Source: Candidatus Heimdallarchaeota archaeon
GTDB taxonomy: Archaea > Asgardarchaeota > Heimdallarchaeia > Heimdallarchaeales > Kariarchaeaceae
Direction: 5' to 3'
Assembly (NCBI GenBank): GCA_015523565.1
Contig: WAKA01000195.1
Location: 1 to 14,557 of the forward strand
Length of the DNA stretch: 14,557 nucleotides
The notes beneath the pieces are model-generated. The model made no database searches, was not told where the DNA came from, and saw only the letters and a list, made by a program, of their open reading frames with translations. Shown piece by piece: positions 7,250 through 14,557 of the stretch; positions within the stretch are counted from its first letter, which is position 1, and every line of letters starts with the position of its first letter. The translations under genes were made by a program, and so were the position numbers.

Positions 7250-8617
7250 ATGGAAATTACATTTGATCTCCATACACATTCAGGATATGCAGGAGGAGCA
7301 TCTGTAGGTATAACTGACAAAAAGAAAAGATTACGAAACAGGTTTTTGGATGCCTCCATTCTTTCCCCTTTGAAAGGAATTGATTTTTTAGGAACTGGAG
7401 ATTGCCAATTCAAGCCGTGGTTGGAATTTTTGGAAAGGAACTTAGAGGAAACGGCAAATGGGGTTTTCCAATTCAATTTCTTGGAAGGGGAACGACAAGA
7501 GAGATTAAAGGAATTGGGGATTGATATAGACATAACAAATTTTTCAGAACCAAAATATCTTTTGCAGACAGAGGTGATTTTTACCTCCCCGATTGGAAAG
7601 AGCAGAAAAAAAGCCCATGTTTTGATACTATTTCCAAGTTTTACAGAGATCCATGAATTTAATGCATTGTTGGATAAATGGCAGGTAAAACATGAAAAAA
7701 TGGCAAGACCGTTTATATTGAATAATTCCGCCGAGGAAGTTCAATCAAAGATATTTCAGCTCAAGGATTTGAACAACCACATTGAGATAATTCCAGCACA
7801 CGTAATGACACCAGAGGGAGTTTATGGAGGAAACAATGGGGCAAATTTCTTGAAAGAATTTTTTGGAGAGGCAGAACAGGAGATATTTGCAGTTGAAACA
7901 GGACTTAGTGCAGATCCGAGAATATTGGACATGATTCCTGAAATGAATACAAGGGCATTCATATCAAACGCAGATGCACATTCAAGCGGCTTGAACAAAA
8001 TCGGGAGGGAATTTACCTCACTGAAGGTAAACCAACAAACCTATGGGTCAATAATAGAAAGCATTAGGAAAAACAGGGTAACCTTTACTGGTGAATTGCA
8101 TCCATCGGAAGGAAGATATTTCCTTTCAGGTCATCGGGACAATAGAAAACAGCCATTTTTGCATTTGAAAGGTCAATATTGTTATTTCTCGCCAAAACAG
8201 GAACCAAAATCATGTCCCATCTGCAAAAAACCACTAACAAAAGGGGTTCTGAACAGGGCTTATGAAATTGCAGATATACAAGGAACAAAAACAAAGGTTC
8301 CAATACGCAATTATAGGAATATTGTCCCTTTGGTCGAAGTGATTGCCCATTCACTTAGTCTAAAGTCGGTCAAATCAAAAAAAGTGATCTCAATTTATAC
8401 GACAATAATACAGGAATTGGAAAATGAGGTTCATCTGTGGCAAAAATCCATAGAGGAAATTGCAAGCCTAAGAATACCGGAAAAAACAAAAAGAGAGATC
8501 ATTGAAGTGATGAAAGGAAATTTCTCCTTTCTTCCGCCAGGTCATGATGGTGTTTACGGCAAACTTGCCATTGGTAAAAAAATTGATGTTGAAAATGTCC
8601 ACGAAGTTTCAATTTAA
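7250..8617 (+). CDS. endoQ: Endonuclease Q family (PHP-domain, TIGR00375-like) DNA repair nuclease
   Basis: DLHTHS, LGTGD, HVLILFP, IPAHVMTP..GVYG, AVETGLSADP, ISNADAHS, IGRE, P.EGRYF..GHR, CPIC..LTKGVLNR, IVPL.EVIA and PGHDGVYGK. Confidence 0.88.
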   Translation: MEITFDLHTHSGYAGGASVGITDKKKRLRNRFLDASILSPLKGIDFLGTGDCQFKPWLEFLERNLEETANGVFQFNFLEGERQERLKELGIDIDITNFSEPKYLLQTEVIFTSPIGKSRKKAHVLILFPSFTEIHEFNALLDKWQVKHEKMARPFILNNSAEEVQSKIFQLKDLNNHIEIIPAHVMTPEGVYGGNNGANFLKEFFGEAEQEIFAVETGLSADPRILDMIPEMNTRAFISNADAHSSGLNKIGREFTSLKVNQQTYGSIIESIRKNRVTFTGELHPSEGRYFLSGHRDNRKQPFLHLKGQYCYFSPKQEPKSCPICKKPLTKGVLNRAYEIADIQGTKTKVPIRNYRNIVPLVEVIAHSLSLKSVKSKKVISIYTTIIQELENEVHLWQKSIEEIASLRIPEKTKREIIEVMKGNFSFLPPGHDGVYGKLAIGKKIDVENVHEVSI

Positions 8618-9499
8618 ATGCAATAGGTTTTTGAGAACATAAATGGTCATGCGTGGATTCTCTTTCATTCTTCTCTTTAGATAAGCGGTTGCATCGTTTT
8701 TGTTGATGACAAAAGGCAAATAGAGCCGAACAGTATATCCTTCTGAAACCAATGACCGCTGAATTGGCAAGAGGGGCACACCCAATAGTTGTTGAAATTC
8801 AAATTGATCCTTTGGATAATTTTTCACCAGTTCCCTTGCCTTTTGGATTGTTGATTTGTCATGTGTTGCGATTTCCGTATAATGTCCTGCATCCAAGAGC
8901 ATTTTTGCATATTCAAGAAGCTTTTCCTTCATTTGTTTTTTATCTGTCAAGGAAATTTCAGGAGGTTCCTTGTAAATTCCGATGCAGATTCTGAAACGAC
9001 CCTTAATGTCATTGAGGCTTTCAATGTCATCTTTTGTCCTGAAAAGACGACTCTGAAGAACAGTACCGAATGTCGGGTATTTTTGGACATATTTTCGGTA
9101 AATTTCCAAAGTCACATCTGTCATGGATGAATCTTCCATATCCATTGTTACCTTGATTCCTTTTTCAGAGGCCGCATTTAGCAATTCATCCAATTTCTGT
9201 TCGCAAAAGCCACGGTCGATCAGGATACCAAGGGCTGAAAGTTTAATGGAAACAGAGATATGATCTGCCTTATCTGCAATTTGCTCAAAAACCGTCTTAT
9301 AAATAGAGACAGTATGTTCCACAGCTTCCTCTTCGGTAACAAATTCACCCAGCAGATCTAACGTGGAGCAGATATGCTCGGCATTCCAAAGTCTTTCTGC
9401 TTTTTCTAAAGCGGCTTCAATACCATAACCACCAACATATGGACGCGCAAAGAAACGTACAAACCATCCAGGCAGGTGATCAACAAAAAAATCTTTCAC
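8609..9499 (-). CDS. Monofunctional proline dehydrogenase (FAD-dependent, Pro_dh family)
   Basis: RPYVGG, TLDLLGE, SIKLSALG, TMDMED, GTVLQSRLFRT, RICIGIYKEP, IATHD, FEFQQLLG and RLYLPF..YLKRRMKENP. GTG start. Overlaps the EndoQ gene end convergently by 9 bp. Confidence 0.9.
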   Translation of the reverse strand: MKDFFVDHLPGWFVRFFARPYVGGYGIEAALEKAERLWNAEHICSTLDLLGEFVTEEEAVEHTVSIYKTVFEQIADKADHISVSIKLSALGILIDRGFCEQKLDELLNAASEKGIKVTMDMEDSSMTDVTLEIYRKYVQKYPTFGTVLQSRLFRTKDDIESLNDIKGRFRICIGIYKEPPEISLTDKKQMKEKLLEYAKMLLDAGHYTEIATHDKSTIQKARELVKNYPKDQFEFQQLLGVPLLPIQRSLVSEGYTVRLYLPFVINKNDATAYLKRRMKENPRMTIYVLKNLLHLN

Positions 9500-9519
9500 A
9501 ATAACAGAAATTGGTTTCT

Positions 9520-9535
9520 TTGTATAAATTTAATC
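9520..9535 (-). promoter_or_regulatory. Putative TATA box for a leaderless proline dehydrogenase transcript
   Basis: Minus strand TTTATAC (9528-9522) lies about 22 nt upstream of the GTG; no SD is present. Confidence 0.4.
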
Positions 9536-9556
9536 CTTGAACAATCAGAATTTGCT

Positions 9557-9575
9557 AAAAAATACAGGAAGAAAC
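9557..9575 (-). terminator. Putative archaeal oligo-T terminator after pan
   Basis: Minus strand gtttcttcctgtatttttt directly follows the pan stop codon. Confidence 0.35.
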
Positions 9576-10784
9576 TCAAGCAAAATTTTCAAAATTAGCT
9601 GGAGAGCCCTTTCTTGATCGTTCAATACGGATTTTTTCAAATGCCTTCTGGAAATCCATCATTATGATTTGATCCCTATTACTTCGAATGGCAAACATGC
9701 CTGCCTCAATGCAGACATTTCGAATTTCAGCTCCTGAAAACCCGTCACTTTCCTTGACAAGATAATCAAAGTCAATGTTGTCTGCAACGTTCATACCGCG
9801 AAGATGGACTTGGAAAATTTCCCTCCTGCCCTTTTCATCTGCGGGAGGAACTTCAATAAGCCTGTCAAACCTTCCAGGTCTAAGCAAGGCTGTATCAAGA
9901 ATATCTGGACGGTTTGTCGCAGCAATAACCCTGACATTCCCTCTTGGTTCAAAGCCATCCATGCTTGAGAGAAGTTGCATCAGAGTTCTTTGTACCTCAC
10001 GATCACCGCTTGTAGCAATTTCCAATCGTTTAGAGCCAATGGCATCAAGTTCATCAATGAAAATAATGCTCGGAGAATGCTCAATTGCAAAATCAAAAAC
10101 CTCACGAACCAGCCGAGCACCTTCACCTATGAATTTTTGAACCAATTCAGAAGCAATAATGCGAATAAATGTGGCATTTGTTTCATGTGCAACTGCTTTT
10201 GCAAGAAGTGTTTTCCCTGTTCCGGGGGGCCCATGAAGAAGAATTCCTTTCGGGGGAGTGACACCTACCCTTTCAAACAGTTCAGGTTTTTTGAGAGGCA
10301 ATTCAACAACCTCTCTAATCTCTTGTATCTGTTTGGAAAGACCACCAATATCCCCATATGTTTCTTTTGGTTTCAAGTCCACTTCCATGGCTTGAATAAG
10401 AGGGTCATGGGTTTTAGGCAACACTTCCATTATGGCAAAGGATCTTTGGTTCATCGCAACAGTGACATTGGGCTGTAGGTCTTTGGGATTTACATCCCTG
10501 CTTATATTCACCACCAATTGAGGACCTGTGCTTGATTTAACCAGTGCACGATTGTCACCCAAGTAACGAACCAATGTTCCTGCAAATAATGGAGGGGCTC
10601 TCAACCTGTCAAGCTCACTTCTAATGTTGTTCACTTCCCTTTGAAGCCGGAGCCGCTCCCCTTCAACAACCTGTTTTTCTTTCTCTAACCTTCGCGTCTG
10701 TCTTTCCAGATGACGTGTGTAACTTAGTAAATAAGAGGTGTCCTGGTTGGTAAATCCCAAATCCTCTTCCTCATCGATTGGCAT
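9576..10784 (-). CDS. pan: Proteasome-activating nucleotidase (PAN, AAA+ ATPase)
   Basis: N-terminal coiled coil with PP hinge (LRAPPL), OB domain (VKSSTGP), YGDIGGL..QI.EIREVVELPL, Walker A GPPGTGKT, pore loop QKFIGEG, Walker B IIFIDELD, GDREVQRT, SRH AATNRPDILD.ALLRPGRFDR; C-terminus ENFA. Confidence 0.96.
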   Translation of the reverse strand: MPIDEEEDLGFTNQDTSYLLSYTRHLERQTRRLEKEKQVVEGERLRLQREVNNIRSELDRLRAPPLFAGTLVRYLGDNRALVKSSTGPQLVVNISRDVNPKDLQPNVTVAMNQRSFAIMEVLPKTHDPLIQAMEVDLKPKETYGDIGGLSKQIQEIREVVELPLKKPELFERVGVTPPKGILLHGPPGTGKTLLAKAVAHETNATFIRIIASELVQKFIGEGARLVREVFDFAIEHSPSIIFIDELDAIGSKRLEIATSGDREVQRTLMQLLSSMDGFEPRGNVRVIAATNRPDILDTALLRPGRFDRLIEVPPADEKGRREIFQVHLRGMNVADNIDFDYLVKESDGFSGAEIRNVCIEAGMFAIRSNRDQIIMMDFQKAFEKIRIERSRKGSPANFENFA

Positions 10785-10812
10785 AGGTCCTTATTTTTTT
10801 CATGGTTTTCCC

Positions 10813-10830
10813 TTTTAATATTTGTTTCTT
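10813..10830 (-). promoter_or_regulatory. Putative BRE/TATA promoter of pan
   Basis: Minus strand aagaaacaaaTATTAAAA ends about 28 nt before the ATG, typical archaeal short-leader spacing. Confidence 0.4.
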
Positions 10831-10912
10831 TTGAGTAATAATGGAGAAGAATCATAGTGATAGGTAAAGAAGTTTGAGTAAAAACGATAAAATGCACTTT
10901 TTTTGCAGGACA

Positions 10913-11458
10913 TCATGTGATTGTAACATCAATTGGCTTGTTAAGTTCCCTGGATAATACTGTTGCCATTTCTTTTGCATCTTCAGGGTTCCTCCAAAGA
11001 CCCAACTGGTAATGTTTCTTCTTTAGCGGCATTGATTTCTTTTCTTCTTTTTTAGGCTTGACATCAAACTCCAAAAAGTAGCCCAATGTAGGATTGCCCT
11101 TGACCAGAATTTTTTTGATTTGGTCAATTTTCAATTCCATGACTTCAGGAGATGCAAGATTTGGATATCCAGTTTCATATCTTAAAATGTCATCCTCAAT
11201 TTCCAATTCCCATGTTTTTCGCATAGCTTTCCTTCCCCTCATAACTAATCTGAAATGGGCGAAAAGAAAGACGGGAATGGCAAAGAATGCGGTATAGAAT
11301 AATGATACAAAGGTTATTCCAACGTTGAATAGGAAAGAAATGGTAAAGAATATCAAAAATATAACAATCAGCAGACCATTGTAATAATTTGTTAGTACAC
11401 CCCCCAATAGTGTGATTGCACCAGTTCTTTCTAAAATACCTTGATAAGTGCTTGCCAT
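10913..11458 (-). CDS. Hypothetical membrane protein (about 2 TM helices plus a soluble beta-rich, possibly PH-like domain)
   Basis: Hydrophobic stretches GLLIVIFLIFFTISFLF and ITFVSLFYTAFFAIPVFLF, then a basic stretch and beta strands ending in a helix. ATG at 11458 has GGTGA 5 nt upstream; the alternative GTG at 11467 overlaps the upstream stop. Confidence 0.75.
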   Translation of the reverse strand: MASTYQGILERTGAITLLGGVLTNYYNGLLIVIFLIFFTISFLFNVGITFVSLFYTAFFAIPVFLFAHFRLVMRGRKAMRKTWELEIEDDILRYETGYPNLASPEVMELKIDQIKKILVKGNPTLGYFLEFDVKPKKEEKKSMPLKKKHYQLGLWRNPEDAKEMATVLSRELNKPIDVTIT

Positions 11459-11463
11459 CAATT

Positions 11464-11868
11464 TCACCTTTTAAACAATTTCCTGAAAAAGGATTTGTTC
11501 TTTTTTGCTTTTGCTTCAAGTTCATCCAAACTGTACTTTGAACTGTGTTTTTTTAGAAGATTGGAAATATTGGAAGAATCCCTAACTTTGGTACTAAAAA
11601 TTATTATTTCAAGATCCGATATAGAAAGCCCATTATCAGAAAATTCTTCAATCAATAAGTTGCGGAGAGACGTTCCCTGTGTGCTTTCTTTTTCTATCAG
11701 AGGAACAAGACTCATTAGTTCATGCTTTAAGACAAATTCGGCCAAAATACTTGAAATTTGTTCAGGGTCTCCCCTCTCATTGATTTTCACATTCATGAAC
11801 AAGTCCAAGAGGTAACCGTCTTTTGTCTTCAAGTCATTAAACTGTAATTTTTGAGAAGGGATTTCCAT
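11464..11868 (-). CDS. Hypothetical protein; possible minimal SPFH/band-7-like domain with a C-terminal amphipathic helix
   Basis: 134-aa ORF coupled to the next gene. LKTKDG and L..EFSDNGLSISDLEII resemble SPFH patterns; tail KKNKSFFRKLFKR. Confidence 0.65.
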   Translation of the reverse strand: MEIPSQKLQFNDLKTKDGYLLDLFMNVKINERGDPEQISSILAEFVLKHELMSLVPLIEKESTQGTSLRNLLIEEFSDNGLSISDLEIIIFSTKVRDSSNISNLLKKHSSKYSLDELEAKAKKNKSFFRKLFKR

Positions 11869-12221
11869 AAATCAAATAAAAATTAATAATAGATAATTAT
11901 TCCCTCTAAAAACAAAGCATTTGCTCAACAAATTTTTAATTCGGCCGAGAGGACTCGACCAGAACAAACAATGGAGACTGGCGAACGATGCAAAATTAGT
12001 TTCGTCCGACAAGATAATATTCGTTTGGAACGTAGATATATTCTCTTGGTCAGATGTGGAAGACATGGACGATTATGGACAATTTGAAATCAGTTAATCA
12101 AAACAATCTGAAACATAAAAATAAACAGACGATACCTTTTTCCGAAAGAGTAGATCAAAGCAAACCCCGAATCTAAGAATCCACAAAAAGACAATTTTTA
12201 CCCAAAGCAGTCATGCAAAAG

Positions 12222-12689
12222 TCAGTATTCTGGATAGTCCCTTTTTGAGAGGTAAACAATAGTTTCATGGGTTATGTAGCCTGCTGACCCAAAAAGGGAA
12301 AGGGAAGGAATGTTTTCTTTCTCAATTAATGCGGCAAAAAGATAGACCTTTTCATCCCTGAGAAGATTTTCAGATTTTTCAATCAGCAATCGTGCGTAAC
12401 CGTTTCCACGATAGTCAGGATGAACGGCAAGTCGGTTGATCCAACCCCTTTGCCCATCATGTGTGACGATAACAGCACCAACAAGAGAAGTGCAACTGTC
12501 CATGTCAAAAATATCGACATCATCCTCAACAAGGACAATAAGCCAAGTGCTTGTTGATTCCAATCGGTTGCTGAGATTTTCAAAACTGTCTCTCCCCTTA
12601 GGTTTAAATGGAAGGTCTGATTCAGTCCAAAGTTTAACCAATAAGTCATAGAGCCATTTACTGAGCTCTTTGACAATAATGGGTTTCAT
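12222..12689 (-). CDS. GNAT family N-acetyltransferase
   Basis: Acetyl-CoA motif A GWINRLAVHPDYRGNGYARLLI and motif B EN..SLSLF..AGY. Confidence 0.92.
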   Translation of the reverse strand: MKPIIVKELSKWLYDLLVKLWTESDLPFKPKGRDSFENLSNRLESTSTWLIVLVEDDVDIFDMDSCTSLVGAVIVTHDGQRGWINRLAVHPDYRGNGYARLLIEKSENLLRDEKVYLFAALIEKENIPSLSLFGSAGYITHETIVYLSKRDYPEY

Positions 12690-12743
12690 AATTTAAAGCC
12701 AAATCCTTGTTTCTTAACTATTTAGTTTCTATAACATTGATGG

Positions 12744-13820
12744 TTACCTAATACGACGACCGTCCTCAGCAAAGACCAATAACCTGTTTGATGGAAGGGA
12801 GACAACGATTTTATCTCCTTCATTTACATGCTGTACTGTAATTGATTCGGGTTCATTATAAAAAATTGTTGTGCCACCGAGGTCTATTTCGAATTGCATG
12901 TATGTACCCATAAATGCTCGATGCATTACTTTTCCAGTAAAGTTGTTTTCACCTTCGCCAAGTTTAAATCCATCGTATCTCGTCATTACCTTCACTTTTG
13001 TACCCTTATCCAATGTTTCATCTATATTTACGGTAATGCTTGATCCTGTGGATAGTTTGACAGTGGTTTTTTCTTTAGACGAAGATTCCACAACACCTTC
13101 TATAACATTTGATTCACCTATAAAAGTTGCAACAAAAAGATTGTCAGGATCATGGAATATCTCAAGAGGTGTGCCAATCTGTTCAATCCGACCTTTGTTG
13201 AGAACTGCAATCCTATCGGAAATTGCCAAAGCCTCAGTTTGGTCATGAGTTACATAGACAACAGTCACACCCACACGTTTAGCAATATCTCGGATTTCAG
13301 TCCTTAGCTCTACACGAAGCTTATAATCCAAGTTTGAAAGAGGTTCATCACATAACAGGACAATTGGTTCGATGGCAAGAGCACGGGCAAGCGCAACACG
13401 CTGTTGTTGTCCACCACTTAATTGGGTTGGGTATTTTTCACCTTGACCCTCCAATTTGACCTGTTTCAGCAACGTATGAACTTTTTCAAGAATTTCTTCT
13501 TTAGGCATGCCCCTTATCTTTAAACCGAATCCAATGTTCTCTTCTATCGTCATATGCGGCCAAAGGGCATAGTTTTGAAAAATCATGCCCATGTCTCTTT
13601 TTTGGGGAGGGACATTGGTTATGTCTTCATCATTGACAAGAATCCTGCCTGTTTTCGGATATAGGAAACCTGCAATAGAACGCAAAATTGTGGTTTTGCC
13701 ACAGCCACTTGGACCAAGAAGCGTGATAATTTCAGAATCCTTTACGGAAAGATTTACGTCCTTGACTGCATGGAAATCGTCATAATAAATGTTAATTTTT
13801 TCAAGTTTAAGTTCTACCAT
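12744..13820 (-). CDS. ABC transporter ATP-binding protein, Fe3+/spermidine/putrescine (FbpC/PotA-like) with C-terminal TOBE domain
   Basis: Walker [10 protein letters not shown]-loop [10 protein letters not shown], signature LSGGQQQR, Walker B LLCDEP, H-loop [15 protein letters not shown] upstream. Confidence 0.95.
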   Translation of the reverse strand: MVELKLEKINIYYDDFHAVKDVNLSVKDSEIITLLGPSGCGKTTILRSIAGFLYPKTGRILVNDEDITNVPPQKRDMGMIFQNYALWPHMTIEENIGFGLKIRGMPKEEILEKVHTLLKQVKLEGQGEKYPTQLSGGQQQRVALARALAIEPIVLLCDEPLSNLDYKLRVELRTEIRDIAKRVGVTVVYVTHDQTEALAISDRIAVLNKGRIEQIGTPLEIFHDPDNLFVATFIGESNVIEGVVESSSKEKTTVKLSTGSSITVNIDETLDKGTKVKVMTRYDGFKLGEGENNFTGKVMHRAFMGTYMQFEIDLGGTTIFYNEPESITVQHVNEGDKIVVSLPSNRLLVFAEDGRRIR

Positions 13821-13831
13821 ATCTATTCACC

Positions 13832-14557
13832 TTATATTCCAGTGAGGGACTCCGCCCGGTTCTTCAGGAGAAGATTGGTGGCGATTAGGCTGATGGATTG
13901 CAGGATCATCAATAAGACACCTAAAGCGGCGAAAACACTTGGTTTACCATTTGATATATCTGCAAGCTTATACACAATATTCCCATATTGAGGTTTTGTA
14001 ATGAGGATAAGAGTGGTACTTACCTCACTCATTGTGTAGACCATGGAAACAAGTGCACCTGCAATGATATTCATTGTTATGAGAGGAATAATGACACGAG
14101 AGAGTATTTTGGGTTTAGAGGCACCCAAATTTTGGGCGGCTTCCTCAAGCACAACGTCCGTTTGTTGAAGCCCTGCATAAACAGCACGAACGGTAAACGG
14201 GAATTTCCGGACGGTATAGCTAATAACAAGCAAAGTCGGTGGAAAAGCAATGGGATTAAGCGTAAGCAATCCCCAGTTCCTTGGGAAATCTCCAAACATG
14301 CGAATGAAACCAATACCCAATACAATACCAGGAATGGCAATAGGGATTGTGACCAATGTATCAAATACGGATTGACCTGCAAACTTCTTCCGGTTTGCAA
14401 CATAACCCGCAAGAGTTGCCAAAATTATTATAAGCAAGGTGGCAACACTGCTATAGATAAGTGTATTTTTCAAATTGTTGGCAAGTCCACTTGTTTCGCT
14501 TGATGAGAAAATTGTCTTGTATGCCTCTAAACTAAATGATTGAGTGCCAATAGAGTA
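13832..14557 (-). CDS. ABC transporter permease, FbpB/PotC-like (partial, 5' end beyond window)
   Basis: Frame stays open to the window edge (YSIGTQSFSLEAYKTIF...LKNTL). Multiple TM helices, PIAIPGIVLGIG and the EAA motif LEEAAQNLGA. Confidence 0.92.
   Translation of the reverse strand, partial: YSIGTQSFSLEAYKTIFSSSETSGLANNLKNTLIYSSVATLLIIILATLAGYVANRKKFAGQSVFDTLVTIPIAIPGIVLGIGFIRMFGDFPRNWGLLTLNPIAFPPTLLVISYTVRKFPFTVRAVYAGLQQTDVVLEEAAQNLGASKPKILSRVIIPLITMNIIAGALVSMVYTMSEVSTTLILITKPQYGNIVYKLADISNGKPSVFAALGVLLMILQSISLIATNLLLKNRAESLTGI

Noticed and set aside
7250-8617. EndoQ as a CRISPR ancillary nuclease compensating for the dead HD domain
   Set aside because: It is separated from the operon by a gap and the HesB gene, has host-like composition, lacks the GGAGG SD and has no sensor domain. 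It is a known stand-alone repair enzyme.
8609-8617. 9-bp convergent overlap of the EndoQ and proline dehydrogenase genes as a regulatory device
   Set aside because: Short tail-to-tail overlaps are common in compact archaeal genomes.
11872-12066. 64-aa minus-strand ORF as a confident CDS
   Set aside because: No SD or recognisable motif and atypical composition; kept only within the intergenic finding.
6932-14503. Alternative-frame or antisense ORFs in the host region (e.g. 6932-7237, 7165-7533, 8085-8354, 8752-9130, 9775-10478, 11094-11815, 12383-12676, 12871-13248, 13585-14503)
   Set aside because: They largely or wholly overlap stronger genes and have no independent support.

Overview
Archaeal genomic window; the domain call rests on a PAN gene, GGTGA-type Shine-Dalgarno sites and TATA-like boxes. 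An Asgard/Heimdallarchaeia-like host is only a guess. Bases 1-6605 hold an AT-rich, tightly coupled type III-C CRISPR effector operon in the canonical order cmr1 (3' end only)-cmr6-cas10 (Csx11 type)-cmr4-cmr5-cmr3. No array, cas6, adaptation genes or CARF effector lie in the window. The Cas10 lacks the GGDD cyclase motif, which is normal for III-C. It also reads H-L where the HD nuclease motif should be, while Cmr4 keeps its catalytic Asp, suggesting a complex that may act only as an RNA-guided RNase. The rest is host-like DNA: an atypical A-type Fe-S carrier with relocated cysteines, endonuclease Q, proline dehydrogenase, PAN, two hypothetical membrane-associated genes (an SPFH-like protein with an amphipathic tail and a 2-TM protein), a GNAT acetyltransferase, and an Fe3+/polyamine-type ABC ATPase plus a partial permease.
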